A stretch of DNA of 64,000 nucleotides, from the NCBI GenBank assembly GCA_964435565.1, contig CAYSZR010000001.1, positions 3,288 through 67,287 of the forward strand. The letters are read 5' to 3'. Below, piece after piece: positions 30,924 through 38,667 of the stretch; within the stretch, counting starts at the first letter, position 1; every line of letters begins with the position of its first letter. The notes under the pieces were generated by a model, which was not told where the DNA came from, did not search any database, and saw nothing but the letters and a program-made list of their open reading frames with translations. This DNA comes from an uncultured Coriobacteriaceae bacterium (lineage in GTDB: Bacteria > Actinomycetota > Coriobacteriia > Coriobacteriales > QAMH01). The position numbers and the translations under genes are program-made.

Positions 30924-31700
30924 ATGGCTAAGAATTACTTCGATTTGACCGATCAGGTTGCTGTTGTCACTGGCGCTTCCGGTGGTTTGGGCGTTCAGAT
31001 GGCAAAGGCGCTTGCAAACCAGGGTGCCAAGATTGTCGTCATGGCGCGACGCCAGGAGAAGATCGACGCTGTCGCGAAGGAAATCGCCGACGAGTTTGGC
31101 GTTGAGACTGCTGCAATCCGTTGCGACATTACCGACACCGCAAATGTCGACGCTGCCGTCGATGAGGCACTTGCCAAGTTCGGCCGTATCGACATTGTTA
31201 TCAACAACGCTGGAACTGGCGCTGTTGCTCCTGCCGAAGACATCACGGACGAACAGTTCGACAATGAGATGCAGATCGATCTTTTCGGCACTTTCAAAGT
31301 CGCTCGCGCAGTTGCGAAAAAAGCGATGATTCCTGCTAAATATGGTCGCGTTATCAATATCGCCTCTATGTATGGCCTGGTTGGCAATAAAGTCGCCGGT
31401 TCTGCTCCGTATCATGCGGCAAAGGGCGGCGTCGTGAACCTTACCCGCGCGCTTGCAGCCGAATGGGGTAAATACAACATCACCGTCAACGCTATTTGCC
31501 CGGGCTATTTCTACACCCCGCTTACCCAGGAAACGCTCGATACGGAATTCTTCCAGCAGAATGCCAAGACGATGATTCCGATGGAGCGTTATGGCAACGA
31601 AGGCGAGCTCGATAGCACGGCTTGCTTCCTTGCAGCGCCTGCTTCAACCTATGTTACAGGTGTTATGGTTCCTGTTGATGGTGGCTATACCTGCATGTAA
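30924..31700 (+). CDS. Classical SDR-family oxidoreductase
   Basis: VAVVTGASGGLG, NNAG, catalytic Y...K (APYHAAKGG), PG motif. Start at ATG 30924 after AAGGAGA. Confidence 0.85.
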   Translation: MAKNYFDLTDQVAVVTGASGGLGVQMAKALANQGAKIVVMARRQEKIDAVAKEIADEFGVETAAIRCDITDTANVDAAVDEALAKFGRIDIVINNAGTGAVAPAEDITDEQFDNEMQIDLFGTFKVARAVAKKAMIPAKYGRVINIASMYGLVGNKVAGSAPYHAAKGGVVNLTRALAAEWGKYNITVNAICPGYFYTPLTQETLDTEFFQQNAKTMIPMERYGNEGELDSTACFLAAPASTYVTGVMVPVDGGYTCM

Positions 31701-31756
31701 GGGCTGTAGTTTTATTCTGACCTTAGGTTGGATGTGCAAGATTTTTAATTGACGAT

Positions 31757-31797
31757 AAGAAGCGGGTTCGGAACATCTCCGGGCCTGCTTCTTTGTA
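31757..31797 (+). terminator. Rho-independent terminator after SDR gene
   Basis: AAGAAGCGGG...CCTGCTTCTT stem with an inner UCGGA/UCCGG extension, followed by TTTGT. Confidence 0.55.
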
Positions 31798-31830
31798 TAG
31801 GATGCTGATCTCGAGTAGGCTGTGGTAGCG

Positions 31831-31864
31831 AAAAAACAAAGGCCACGAGCATTTGCTCGCGACC
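31831..31864 (-). terminator. Rho-independent terminator of tRNA-Arg transcript
   Basis: The minus-strand RNA GGUCGCGAGC-AAAU-GCUCGUGGCC forms a 10-bp stem (two G-U pairs, which would be C-A mismatches on the plus strand). It is followed by UUUGUUUUUU. Confidence 0.7.
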
Positions 31865-31876
31865 TTTTTGTTTTAA

Positions 31877-31953
31877 TGGTGCGGCATGAGGGATTCGAAC
31901 CCCCGACGTACTGATTCGTAGTCAGTCCCTCTATCCAGCTGAGGTAATGCCGC
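31877..31953 (-). tRNA. tRNA-Arg (anticodon ACG)
   Basis: The reverse complement folds as a cloverleaf. Elements are acceptor GCGGCAT/ATGCCGC, anticodon stem ACTGA/TCAGT with loop CTACGAA, T-loop GGGGGTTCGAATCCCTC, and an encoded CCA. Confidence 0.93.
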
Positions 31954-31968
31954 ATTTGAAGCTTGACC

Positions 31969-31996
31969 ATAATAACACCGACAAGAAGCGTGTCAA
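31969..31996 (-). promoter_or_regulatory. Sigma-70-type promoter for tRNA-Arg
   Basis: The minus strand reads TTGACA (31996-31991), a 16-nt spacer, then TATTAT (31974-31969). It is preceded by the A/T-rich UP-like tract TTTTTTAAAAATC. Confidence 0.5.
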
Positions 31997-32148
31997 CGTG
32001 ATTTTTAAAAAACCGCATGATAGGCGGAGGATAGTTTGCCCGCCGTTTGCGACAAGTTGCTGCATCTATGTGAAAATGGTGGTAGGCTGATTTTGTAAGC
32101 ATGAGTAATACTATTTCATAATACGTATGAAAATACTGGAGGAATACT

Positions 32149-32400
32149 ATGTGCGCGAATGGCGTGAACACACAGCAACTTAAAGATACCGTGACTCAGA
32201 TTGATGAAACGATTGCGCTTACGCGTCGTTGGACGCATCGTATGTACCATCTTGCTGACGGAGGTCAGATGGAGCGTGCGGCGCAGAAGCTTCAGGCGGT
32301 GCAGGGTATGCTTGACGAGGTCCGTTCAATTTTGGATGAGACACAGGACGCCATCGATAAAGATGATGCGGATAATGGCGTAACGGTGACTGCGGTCTAG
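32149..32400 (+). CDS. Small hypothetical protein (predicted helical)
   Basis: 83-aa ORF with the good RBS CTGGAGGAATACT-ATG. Helix-forming, acidic C-terminus. No recognisable family. Confidence 0.45.
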   Translation: MCANGVNTQQLKDTVTQIDETIALTRRWTHRMYHLADGGQMERAAQKLQAVQGMLDEVRSILDETQDAIDKDDADNGVTVTAV

Positions 32401-32410
32401 CCAGGCCGGC

Positions 32411-32803
32411 ATGATCAATGCACAAGAGACAACGCTTGTTGTATTAACTGCAGACACGCTGGATGCCCGCGTTGCATCTGCGCTGCAATCTGCAGCGCGG
32501 GCGCTCGGCCACGCAGATGGTTGCCGCATCGTCTTGCTTCCCAGTACGGGTGATTTACGTAAATTCGTCTATGAGAGTGATCCATGGAGCGTTATTGCCA
32601 TAGATGACGCTTCTGTCGATGCGCTGCGTACGTCGTTTGGCATGGACTCTTCTCAATTTGCTCATGATGTTCCGGCGCAGGCTGCTGGCTACATATTTGT
32701 TGCAGTTCCGGATTTCGCTTCCTGCCTTGATGATGAGGATGCCAAGCGTGTTGCCTGGCATCGTATGAAGGCGGCGGCGCATCCTGGCAATCCGCTCGGC
32801 TAG
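32411..32803 (+). CDS. Hypothetical protein
   Basis: 130-aa ORF 11 nt after the previous gene, with a weak RBS. There is faint resemblance to the C-terminal half of the UDG-fold, but no catalytic motifs. Confidence 0.4.
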   Translation: MINAQETTLVVLTADTLDARVASALQSAARALGHADGCRIVLLPSTGDLRKFVYESDPWSVIAIDDASVDALRTSFGMDSSQFAHDVPAQAAGYIFVAVPDFASCLDDEDAKRVAWHRMKAAAHPGNPLG

Positions 32804-32887
32804 CCCGGGCATCTCCCGGGGAGCAAAATATCCTCGACGCACTTCAAGTGGCAGTATGCTATCATTTCGATTTGCGTCGAATGGTAC

Positions 32888-32982
32888 GGAGAGATGGCCG
32901 AGTTGGCTGAAGGCGCTCGCCTGCTAAGCGAGTATAGGGTTAAATAGCTCTATCTGGGGTTCGAATCCCCATCTCTCCGCCA
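32888..32982 (+). tRNA. tRNA-Ser (anticodon GCU), class II with long variable arm
   Basis: Acceptor GGAGAGA/TCTCTCC, anticodon stem CTCGC/GCGAG with loop CTGCTAA. The variable arm is AUAGGG-UUAAAUAG-CUCUAU and the T-arm is TGGGGTTCGAATCCCCA. CCA is encoded. Confidence 0.9.
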
Positions 32983-33110
32983 GACGCATTTCATGCCGTC
33001 CAGAAGAAAGGAACTCTGTGAAACCCCGACCTCACAGTAGCTAGCCTTCTCCGGACCTCTTTTATGGTGGCCCGGGAGGGTCGTATCCATTTAAAGAGGA
33101 GTTCTCTTGC

Positions 33111-34448
33111 ATGATTTATCTGCGTCAGATTCTCAAACAGCCTGTCTATGACCAGACAGGGGAACAAATAGGTGTTATCAGCGATCTTGCCATTGCCACG
33201 GGCGAAGTGTTTCCGCGTGTCACGTCATTAGCTTTCGTCGGTCCGCGCAAGACGCCGTTTATGATTTCGTGGAGAAAGTACGTTGCATCCTATGATGGCA
33301 GCAGCGTGCATCTCAACGTGCCTTCTTCAGATATCCGTTTTTCATATCTGCAGCCAAACGAGGTCTTGCTTGCGCGTGATCTGCTTGATAAACAGATCGT
33401 CGACACGCAGGGCATGAAGGTCGTGCGCGTAAACGACCTTAAGCTTTCCGATAGCATAAAAGGTTTGCGTTTGCTGGGTGCTGAAACAGGTATTCGCGGC
33501 TTGCTGTGGGGCATTGCGCCGTTTTTGGAAAAGGCGGTCAACGGCATTGCGACTTTATTCGGACACCCGCTGAAAGAACGTCTTATTGCGTGGAACTATA
33601 TGGAACTGCTTGAACGCGACATGTCGCAGATTAAGCTTTCTATCAGCCATAAGCGCCTGCATGACATGCATCCGGCGGATATCGCCGATATTATCGAGCA
33701 ACTCGATCCGCAGCAGCGTCAGGCGGTTTTCGATCAGCTTGATACTGAGGCTGCAGCAGATGCAGTGGCTGAGCTGGAAGACGAATTTCAGGCAGACGTT
33801 ATCGATGACATGCCCGAAGGACGCGGCGCCGAGCTGCTCAACGAAATGGATCCAGATGACGCAGCCGATATTATTGGTGACCTTCCCTACGACAAGGCAG
33901 AAAAGCTTCTCAAGCTTATGGGTATGGAAGAAGAAGCGAGCGTACGCGCGCTTCTAGGATACAAAGAAGAGACCGCCGGTGGCATCATGACGCCCGATTT
34001 CGTCTCCGTTAACGACGACCTCACTGTTTCTGATGCGGTCGATGCCATTCGTTCGATGGATGAGGATCAGGAAAGCATCCATTATCTGTATCTTGTCTCT
34101 CCCGATGGCGTGCTGACCGGTGTCTTGAGTTTGCGCGAGCTTGTTATTTCCAAACCCGAAACGCCGCTTGATGATATATCGACCAGAGAGCTCATAACGG
34201 CTCCTCCTGAAATGGATCAGGAAGAATGCGCCCAGATGATTGCCAAATACGATCTTCTCGCACTGCCTGTCGTTGACGAGAGAGGCATCATGCTCGGCGT
34301 CGTTACTGTTGATGATGCCATGGACGTTATGGAAGAAGAACATGAAGAGGACCTGCAGCAACGATCGATTACCAGCCCATGGGTTATCGGAATCGTCGTT
34401 TGTCTGCTTTTGATTATCGGCACGCTCGTTTTCATGTTGAATAGCTAG
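33111..34448 (+). CDS. PRC-barrel / MgtE-N / CBS-pair protein with single C-terminal TM helix (MgtE sensor module without MgtE pore)
   Basis: MgtE-N-like helical domain (MHPADIADIIEQLDPQQRQAVFDQLD, AADIIGDLPYDKAEKLL) and a CBS pair (GGIMTPDFVSV; LLALPVVDERGIMLGVVTVDD). It ends with WVIGIVVCLLLIIGTLVFMLNS. Confidence 0.8.
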   Translation: MIYLRQILKQPVYDQTGEQIGVISDLAIATGEVFPRVTSLAFVGPRKTPFMISWRKYVASYDGSSVHLNVPSSDIRFSYLQPNEVLLARDLLDKQIVDTQGMKVVRVNDLKLSDSIKGLRLLGAETGIRGLLWGIAPFLEKAVNGIATLFGHPLKERLIAWNYMELLERDMSQIKLSISHKRLHDMHPADIADIIEQLDPQQRQAVFDQLDTEAAADAVAELEDEFQADVIDDMPEGRGAELLNEMDPDDAADIIGDLPYDKAEKLLKLMGMEEEASVRALLGYKEETAGGIMTPDFVSVNDDLTVSDAVDAIRSMDEDQESIHYLYLVSPDGVLTGVLSLRELVISKPETPLDDISTRELITAPPEMDQEECAQMIAKYDLLALPVVDERGIMLGVVTVDDAMDVMEEEHEEDLQQRSITSPWVIGIVVCLLLIIGTLVFMLNS

Positions 34449-34453
34449 GGTCT

Positions 34454-35749
34454 TTGGGTTCGATTATGATGGCGAGAAAACAGTCGATAGAACAAAATGC
34501 GCAGTTGGCCGCATCTCAACCGCGTGGCCGCAATCGTATCATTGTCATACTTGCCGCGCTTGGACCCGGCGTCGTTGCCGCTATGGCGGGAAACGACGCT
34601 GGTGGTATCTCGACGTATTCGACCATCGGCGCTAACTATGGATACGGAACCCTTTGGATCATACCCATCATGGCTGTCATGCTTGCTATCGTGCAAGAAG
34701 GCGTTGCGCGTATGGGGGCGGTTACGGGCAAGGGTTTTGCCTCGTGCATCCGAGAGAGTTTTGGAATACGCCTTACCACGCTTGCCATGGCTGCGCTTCT
34801 GCTTGCCAATACCGCCACAACGCTTTCTGAATTTGCCGGCATCGCTGCTGGTGCTGAGCTTTTTGGGATAAGCAAATACGTTTCTGTCCCGGTTGCCGGA
34901 CTGGTCGTATGGCTGCTTGTTATGGGCGGAAGCTACAAGCGCGTGGAGAAGGTGTTTCTTGCGATAAGCTGCGTTTTCGTCACATATATCATCTCTGCAT
35001 TTCTATCAAATCCCGATTGGGGCGCAGTTGGCGTTTCGACGGTGGTCCCGCATTTTCAAGGTGACGTGAAGTTCGTGAGTCTCATTATTGCGACGGTCGG
35101 TACGACCATTGCCCCCTGGATGATGTTTCTTACACAAAACAATGTCGTGGACAAAGGCGTGACACCGGAAGAGCTGGGCGAAGAACGTGTGGATGCGATT
35201 GGCGGCGCCGTAGTTGCCTGTGCAGTTGCGTGGTTTATTATCATAACAACCGGTACAGTGCTGTTTCCGCAGGGCATTGCCATTGATAGCGCCGCTGATG
35301 CTGCCAATGCGCTGGCGCCCATAGCCGGACAATATGCTTCGATCCTGTTCGCCGTCGGTTTGATCGCAGCGAGTTTTCTAGCGGCATGTGTATTGCCGCT
35401 TGTGACTTCGAGCGGCATCTGTGAGGCATTCGGATGGGAGCGCGGTGTCGATTGCACATGGCATGAGGCGCCGGCGTTCAAGGGAATCTATACTGCGATT
35501 ATCGTCATTTCAATCGGGGTGACACTTATTCCCGGCATCGATTTAATGGGGGTTATGCTCACTGCGCAGGTAATCAGCGGCGTGCTTCTGCCCGTGCTCC
35601 TTATCTTCATGATGCTGATACTCTCTGACAAACACATTATGCGCTCCTATACAAATCACCGTGTGCTCACTATTCTTGTCTGGGCGCTCATCGTGGTGGT
35701 TTTTGCCTTGACCATTGGCTATTTGATCATGACCATTCTTGGAATCTGA
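34454..35749 (+). CDS. NRAMP-related Mg2+ transporter (NRMT subfamily of SLC11)
   Basis: About 11 TM helices on an NRAMP fold. TM1 reads DAGG instead of DPGN (nt 34595-34606). TM6 reads GTTIAPW instead of GA.VMPH (nt 35099-35119). The ORF-track start is TTG 34454; ATG 34466 or 34469 are alternatives. Confidence 0.78.
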   Translation: MGSIMMARKQSIEQNAQLAASQPRGRNRIIVILAALGPGVVAAMAGNDAGGISTYSTIGANYGYGTLWIIPIMAVMLAIVQEGVARMGAVTGKGFASCIRESFGIRLTTLAMAALLLANTATTLSEFAGIAAGAELFGISKYVSVPVAGLVVWLLVMGGSYKRVEKVFLAISCVFVTYIISAFLSNPDWGAVGVSTVVPHFQGDVKFVSLIIATVGTTIAPWMMFLTQNNVVDKGVTPEELGEERVDAIGGAVVACAVAWFIIITTGTVLFPQGIAIDSAADAANALAPIAGQYASILFAVGLIAASFLAACVLPLVTSSGICEAFGWERGVDCTWHEAPAFKGIYTAIIVISIGVTLIPGIDLMGVMLTAQVISGVLLPVLLIFMMLILSDKHIMRSYTNHRVLTILVWALIVVVFALTIGYLIMTILGI

Positions 35750-35761
35750 GCGAGGTTATCT

Positions 35762-35995
35762 ATGCGTTGTTGGGAAGAGAGAGGCTGCGGAGGGTCGATG
35801 TCGGCTGACTGCCCGCATGATGCGACGGGGATCTGTCCGCGTACCTGTATGAACACGCTTTGTGACCGCCCGTGGTATACACGTGCAAGCGGCATGGAGA
35901 TGTTCGATGCCTACGATGTCGATTTTGGCGTTGCGCGCAAGGAAAATTGCCATAACTGCAAATTCTTCCTTGAGCGGGCTCCGCGTATCGCGTAA
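35762..35995 (+). CDS. Small Cys-rich protein (8 Cys; possible two-CW-like metal/Fe-S binding domain)
   Basis: 77 aa, MRCWEERGCGGSMSADCPHDATGICPRTCMNTLC...KENCHNCKFF. RBS GAGG lies 7 nt upstream. The gene is 12 nt after the NRMT stop. Confidence 0.55.
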   Translation: MRCWEERGCGGSMSADCPHDATGICPRTCMNTLCDRPWYTRASGMEMFDAYDVDFGVARKENCHNCKFFLERAPRIA

Positions 35996-35998
35996 ACG

Positions 35999-36580
35999 CT
36001 ATTTGTTGAATACGAGTTCTATAGCACGCATGTTCAGGGCATGGTAGCTGGGCTTCACGCGTTCGCGAACAGCGGTTTCAATCTCTTCGCGCGTCATGCC
36101 CAGTGCACCGCTTTTGACCGCAGCGGCAAGCAGGACGATGTTGAGTACTTTCGCCGAATCCACTTGCGCGCAAATTTCCGCCCCGTCCACTTCGATGATA
36201 TGGGCATTTGGAAGCTCCCTCAGGTATGCGAGCGCTTCTTTGCCGTCGTATTCGATGCCTTGCAGTGCGGCTGTAGGGGGTTGCGAGGGCTGTGTGTTGA
36301 CGATTACGGTCCCTCCAGGGGCGAGAAAGTCAATGCAGCGAACGGCCTCTCCCGGTTCGAATGCGATGATCACGTCGGCATGTCCTTTGGGCACAAGCGG
36401 CGATTGCGGTCTTCCTCCGCGTACGTGACTTGCAACGGATCCACCGCGTTGCGCCATACCGATGGTCTCAGCTGTCTTCACGTGTTCGTTTCTGCTTAGA
36501 AGCACGTGTGCGATAAGGCGCGAGGCAAGGACATTGCCCTGACCGCCAACGCCGCAGATAACACAGTTCAAGCTACTCAT
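35999..36580 (-). CDS. iorB: Indolepyruvate:ferredoxin oxidoreductase subunit beta
   Basis: MSSLNCVICGVGGQGNVLASRLIA is typical of IorB. The ATG at 36580 overlaps the iorA stop (cATGAGTAG). The ORF-track start at 36667 is rejected. Confidence 0.85.
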   Translation of the reverse strand: MSSLNCVICGVGGQGNVLASRLIAHVLLSRNEHVKTAETIGMAQRGGSVASHVRGGRPQSPLVPKGHADVIIAFEPGEAVRCIDFLAPGGTVIVNTQPSQPPTAALQGIEYDGKEALAYLRELPNAHIIEVDGAEICAQVDSAKVLNIVLLAAAVKSGALGMTREEIETAVRERVKPSYHALNMRAIELVFNK

Positions 36581-38507
36581 GATCGCCCCCTCTGTGTAAT
36601 GCACCTGTGGGACAGATCTGGCAACAGAGCTCGCAGCCAAAGCAAAGCGCGGTATCGACCGCAACATGTCCGTCCTCGATTGTTAACGCAGGACATCCGA
36701 TCTGATTGATACATGCACGACAATCAGTGCAGGTATCAAGATTGATGCGTACTGGCGGGTTCACAGGAGGCGCAACATAGATGCAGGGCGACTTGAAGAT
36801 GATGGCGCGGACGCCTGTCTTTGCAACAGCGTCCTTGACAGCTGTTTTCGTAGCCTCGAGATCGAGAGGGTCAACGGTGACGCAATCTACATCAAGCGCT
36901 TCGAGAATGCGCGGGATGCTCATCGCCGCACCATCGATACCCATCATTGTGCGGCCTGTGCCGGGATGTGGCTGATGCCCTGTCATGGCCGTTGTCGAAT
37001 TATCGAGGATGCAGATTATAATGTCGTGTTTGTTGTAAACAGCGTTGATGACACCGGTAATGCCGCTTGCAAAGAATGTCGAATCACCGATGAAGCTGAA
37101 TGCAAGGGTATCCGGTTCGATGGTTTGGATACCCTGCGCGACGGTTATGTCGGCACCCATGCACAGACAGGTGTCGACCATGTCGAGCGGCGCTGCATTG
37201 CCAAGCGTATAGCAGCCGATGTCGCCGCAGAATACGGCCTTGCGGTTTCCCACGGCTTTTTTCACGGCGTAGAAACTCGCACGATGCGGGCATCCTGCGC
37301 AGAGCACGGGCGGGCGAGGGGGAAGTTTGGGAGTTGGCTTTGCGGCTTGCATATCTTGGCCTTGCGCGCTTGACGCGTCGGGAAGGAGGCCGAACTGCGC
37401 AAGCGCGTCGCATATTGCCTCGACGCTTTGTTCCCCTGCATAGCTGAAATATCCATCAAGCTTACCGTGAATGGTGTTGGCGCGGCACTCGAAGCCGCAC
37501 TGGAATGTGAGCTCGCGTTCGATATATGGATCGAGTTCCTCTACGCAGATAATCTCATCGACTACATCAAGAAATTCGCCTGCAAGTTTCGCGGGGAAAG
37601 GATAGGGCGTCCCTATTTTCAGTACGGGCAATTCGAGGCCCCACATCTGAAGCGCTTCCATCACATAGTGGTATGAGACACCACCGCAGGCTATTCCAAG
37701 CGGGAAACGCAGATCGTCTTGGCTGTTCAAGGCAAGATTCTGATCTTGATGGGGAGTGCCGCTGATCTCGATACGATTGGGGCGATAGCCGCTCGAAAGG
37801 TCTTCGGCGATCTGCGCGGCTCTGCGTTCGACTTTGCCGTGGTTCAGGAAACTCGTGCGGGGAAAGACGACCCAGCGTTGCGTGTCTTTGATAAAACCTG
37901 TTGGTGTGTGATGGTCCCAGGCTGTATCGTCGTCAGAGCGCTGCGCGTTTTTGTAATCTGCCCCGCAATCTGCAATTCCGCCACGTGTTTTGATCGTGCC
38001 GCAAGCATGACTTACGCGTGTGGTGGGACGAACGAACACAGGCGTCTGATATTTTTCAGAAAGTTCGAAGGCATCCTGAATCATGGCATATGCTTCGCCC
38101 GGGCTTGCTGGGTCTAAGACGGGTACTTTGGCAAACTGGGCGAAAGTGCGCGTGTCTTGTTCGGTTTGGCTGGAAATGGGGCCTGGGTCGTCTGCCACGA
38201 CGATGACAAGGCCGCCTTCGACGCCGATATAGGAAAGAGTCATAAGGGGGTCACTGGCGACGTTTAGGCCTACTTGTTTCATCGTGACCATTGCTCGGGC
38301 GCCTGCATACGCTGCTCCGGCAGCAGCTTCAAGCGCCGCTTTTTCGTTTGTGGACCATTCGACGTGGATATTTCCGTCATTGTTCTTCGCGACTGTTTCA
38401 AGAATCTCGGTTGAGGGCGTGCCTGGATAGCCGCTTACGAAATTGACGCCTGCGTGAATAGCGCCCAATCCGATCGCCTCGTTGCCCATCAATAGCTTGA
38501 CTGGCAT
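36573..38507 (-). CDS. iorA: Indolepyruvate:ferredoxin oxidoreductase subunit alpha
   Basis: N-terminal KLLMGNEAIGLGAIHAGV..SGYPGTPS, a TPP-binding region (GDSTFF..G), and C-terminal 2x[4Fe-4S] motifs CTDCRACINQIGC / CFGCELCCQICP. Start at ATG 38507 after GGAGAG. Confidence 0.9.
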   Translation of the reverse strand: MPVKLLMGNEAIGLGAIHAGVNFVSGYPGTPSTEILETVAKNNDGNIHVEWSTNEKAALEAAAGAAYAGARAMVTMKQVGLNVASDPLMTLSYIGVEGGLVIVVADDPGPISSQTEQDTRTFAQFAKVPVLDPASPGEAYAMIQDAFELSEKYQTPVFVRPTTRVSHACGTIKTRGGIADCGADYKNAQRSDDDTAWDHHTPTGFIKDTQRWVVFPRTSFLNHGKVERRAAQIAEDLSSGYRPNRIEISGTPHQDQNLALNSQDDLRFPLGIACGGVSYHYVMEALQMWGLELPVLKIGTPYPFPAKLAGEFLDVVDEIICVEELDPYIERELTFQCGFECRANTIHGKLDGYFSYAGEQSVEAICDALAQFGLLPDASSAQGQDMQAAKPTPKLPPRPPVLCAGCPHRASFYAVKKAVGNRKAVFCGDIGCYTLGNAAPLDMVDTCLCMGADITVAQGIQTIEPDTLAFSFIGDSTFFASGITGVINAVYNKHDIIICILDNSTTAMTGHQPHPGTGRTMMGIDGAAMSIPRILEALDVDCVTVDPLDLEATKTAVKDAVAKTGVRAIIFKSPCIYVAPPVNPPVRINLDTCTDCRACINQIGCPALTIEDGHVAVDTALCFGCELCCQICPTGALHRGGDHE

Positions 38508-38667
38508 ATTTATACCTCTCCATCTCACGAGAAAAGCAGAACAAGATCCTAATGGCTGCTTGCCCCTTAATGTCTAGAAAAAGCGCAGGCGTCTGTCCGC
38601 GACGCCGAATTTATTCAGTCATAAATGGTACCATCTATCGCACGTTCGTCTAACCTTGGAGCAGATT

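Noticed and set aside
31877-32982. Integrative element between or next to the tRNA genes. The same question arises at tRNA-Leu (49996-50081).
   Set aside because: There is no integrase, recombinase or excisionase ORF. No direct repeat of a tRNA 3' end is visible in the flanks.
32983-33110. Possible M-box (Mg2+) riboswitch upstream of the MgtE-N/CBS-NRMT operon.
   Set aside because: The leader is only about 128 nt. I could not find the conserved M-box core strings (for example GTTAGGTGAGGC ... CTAACG). Only short generic hairpins are present.
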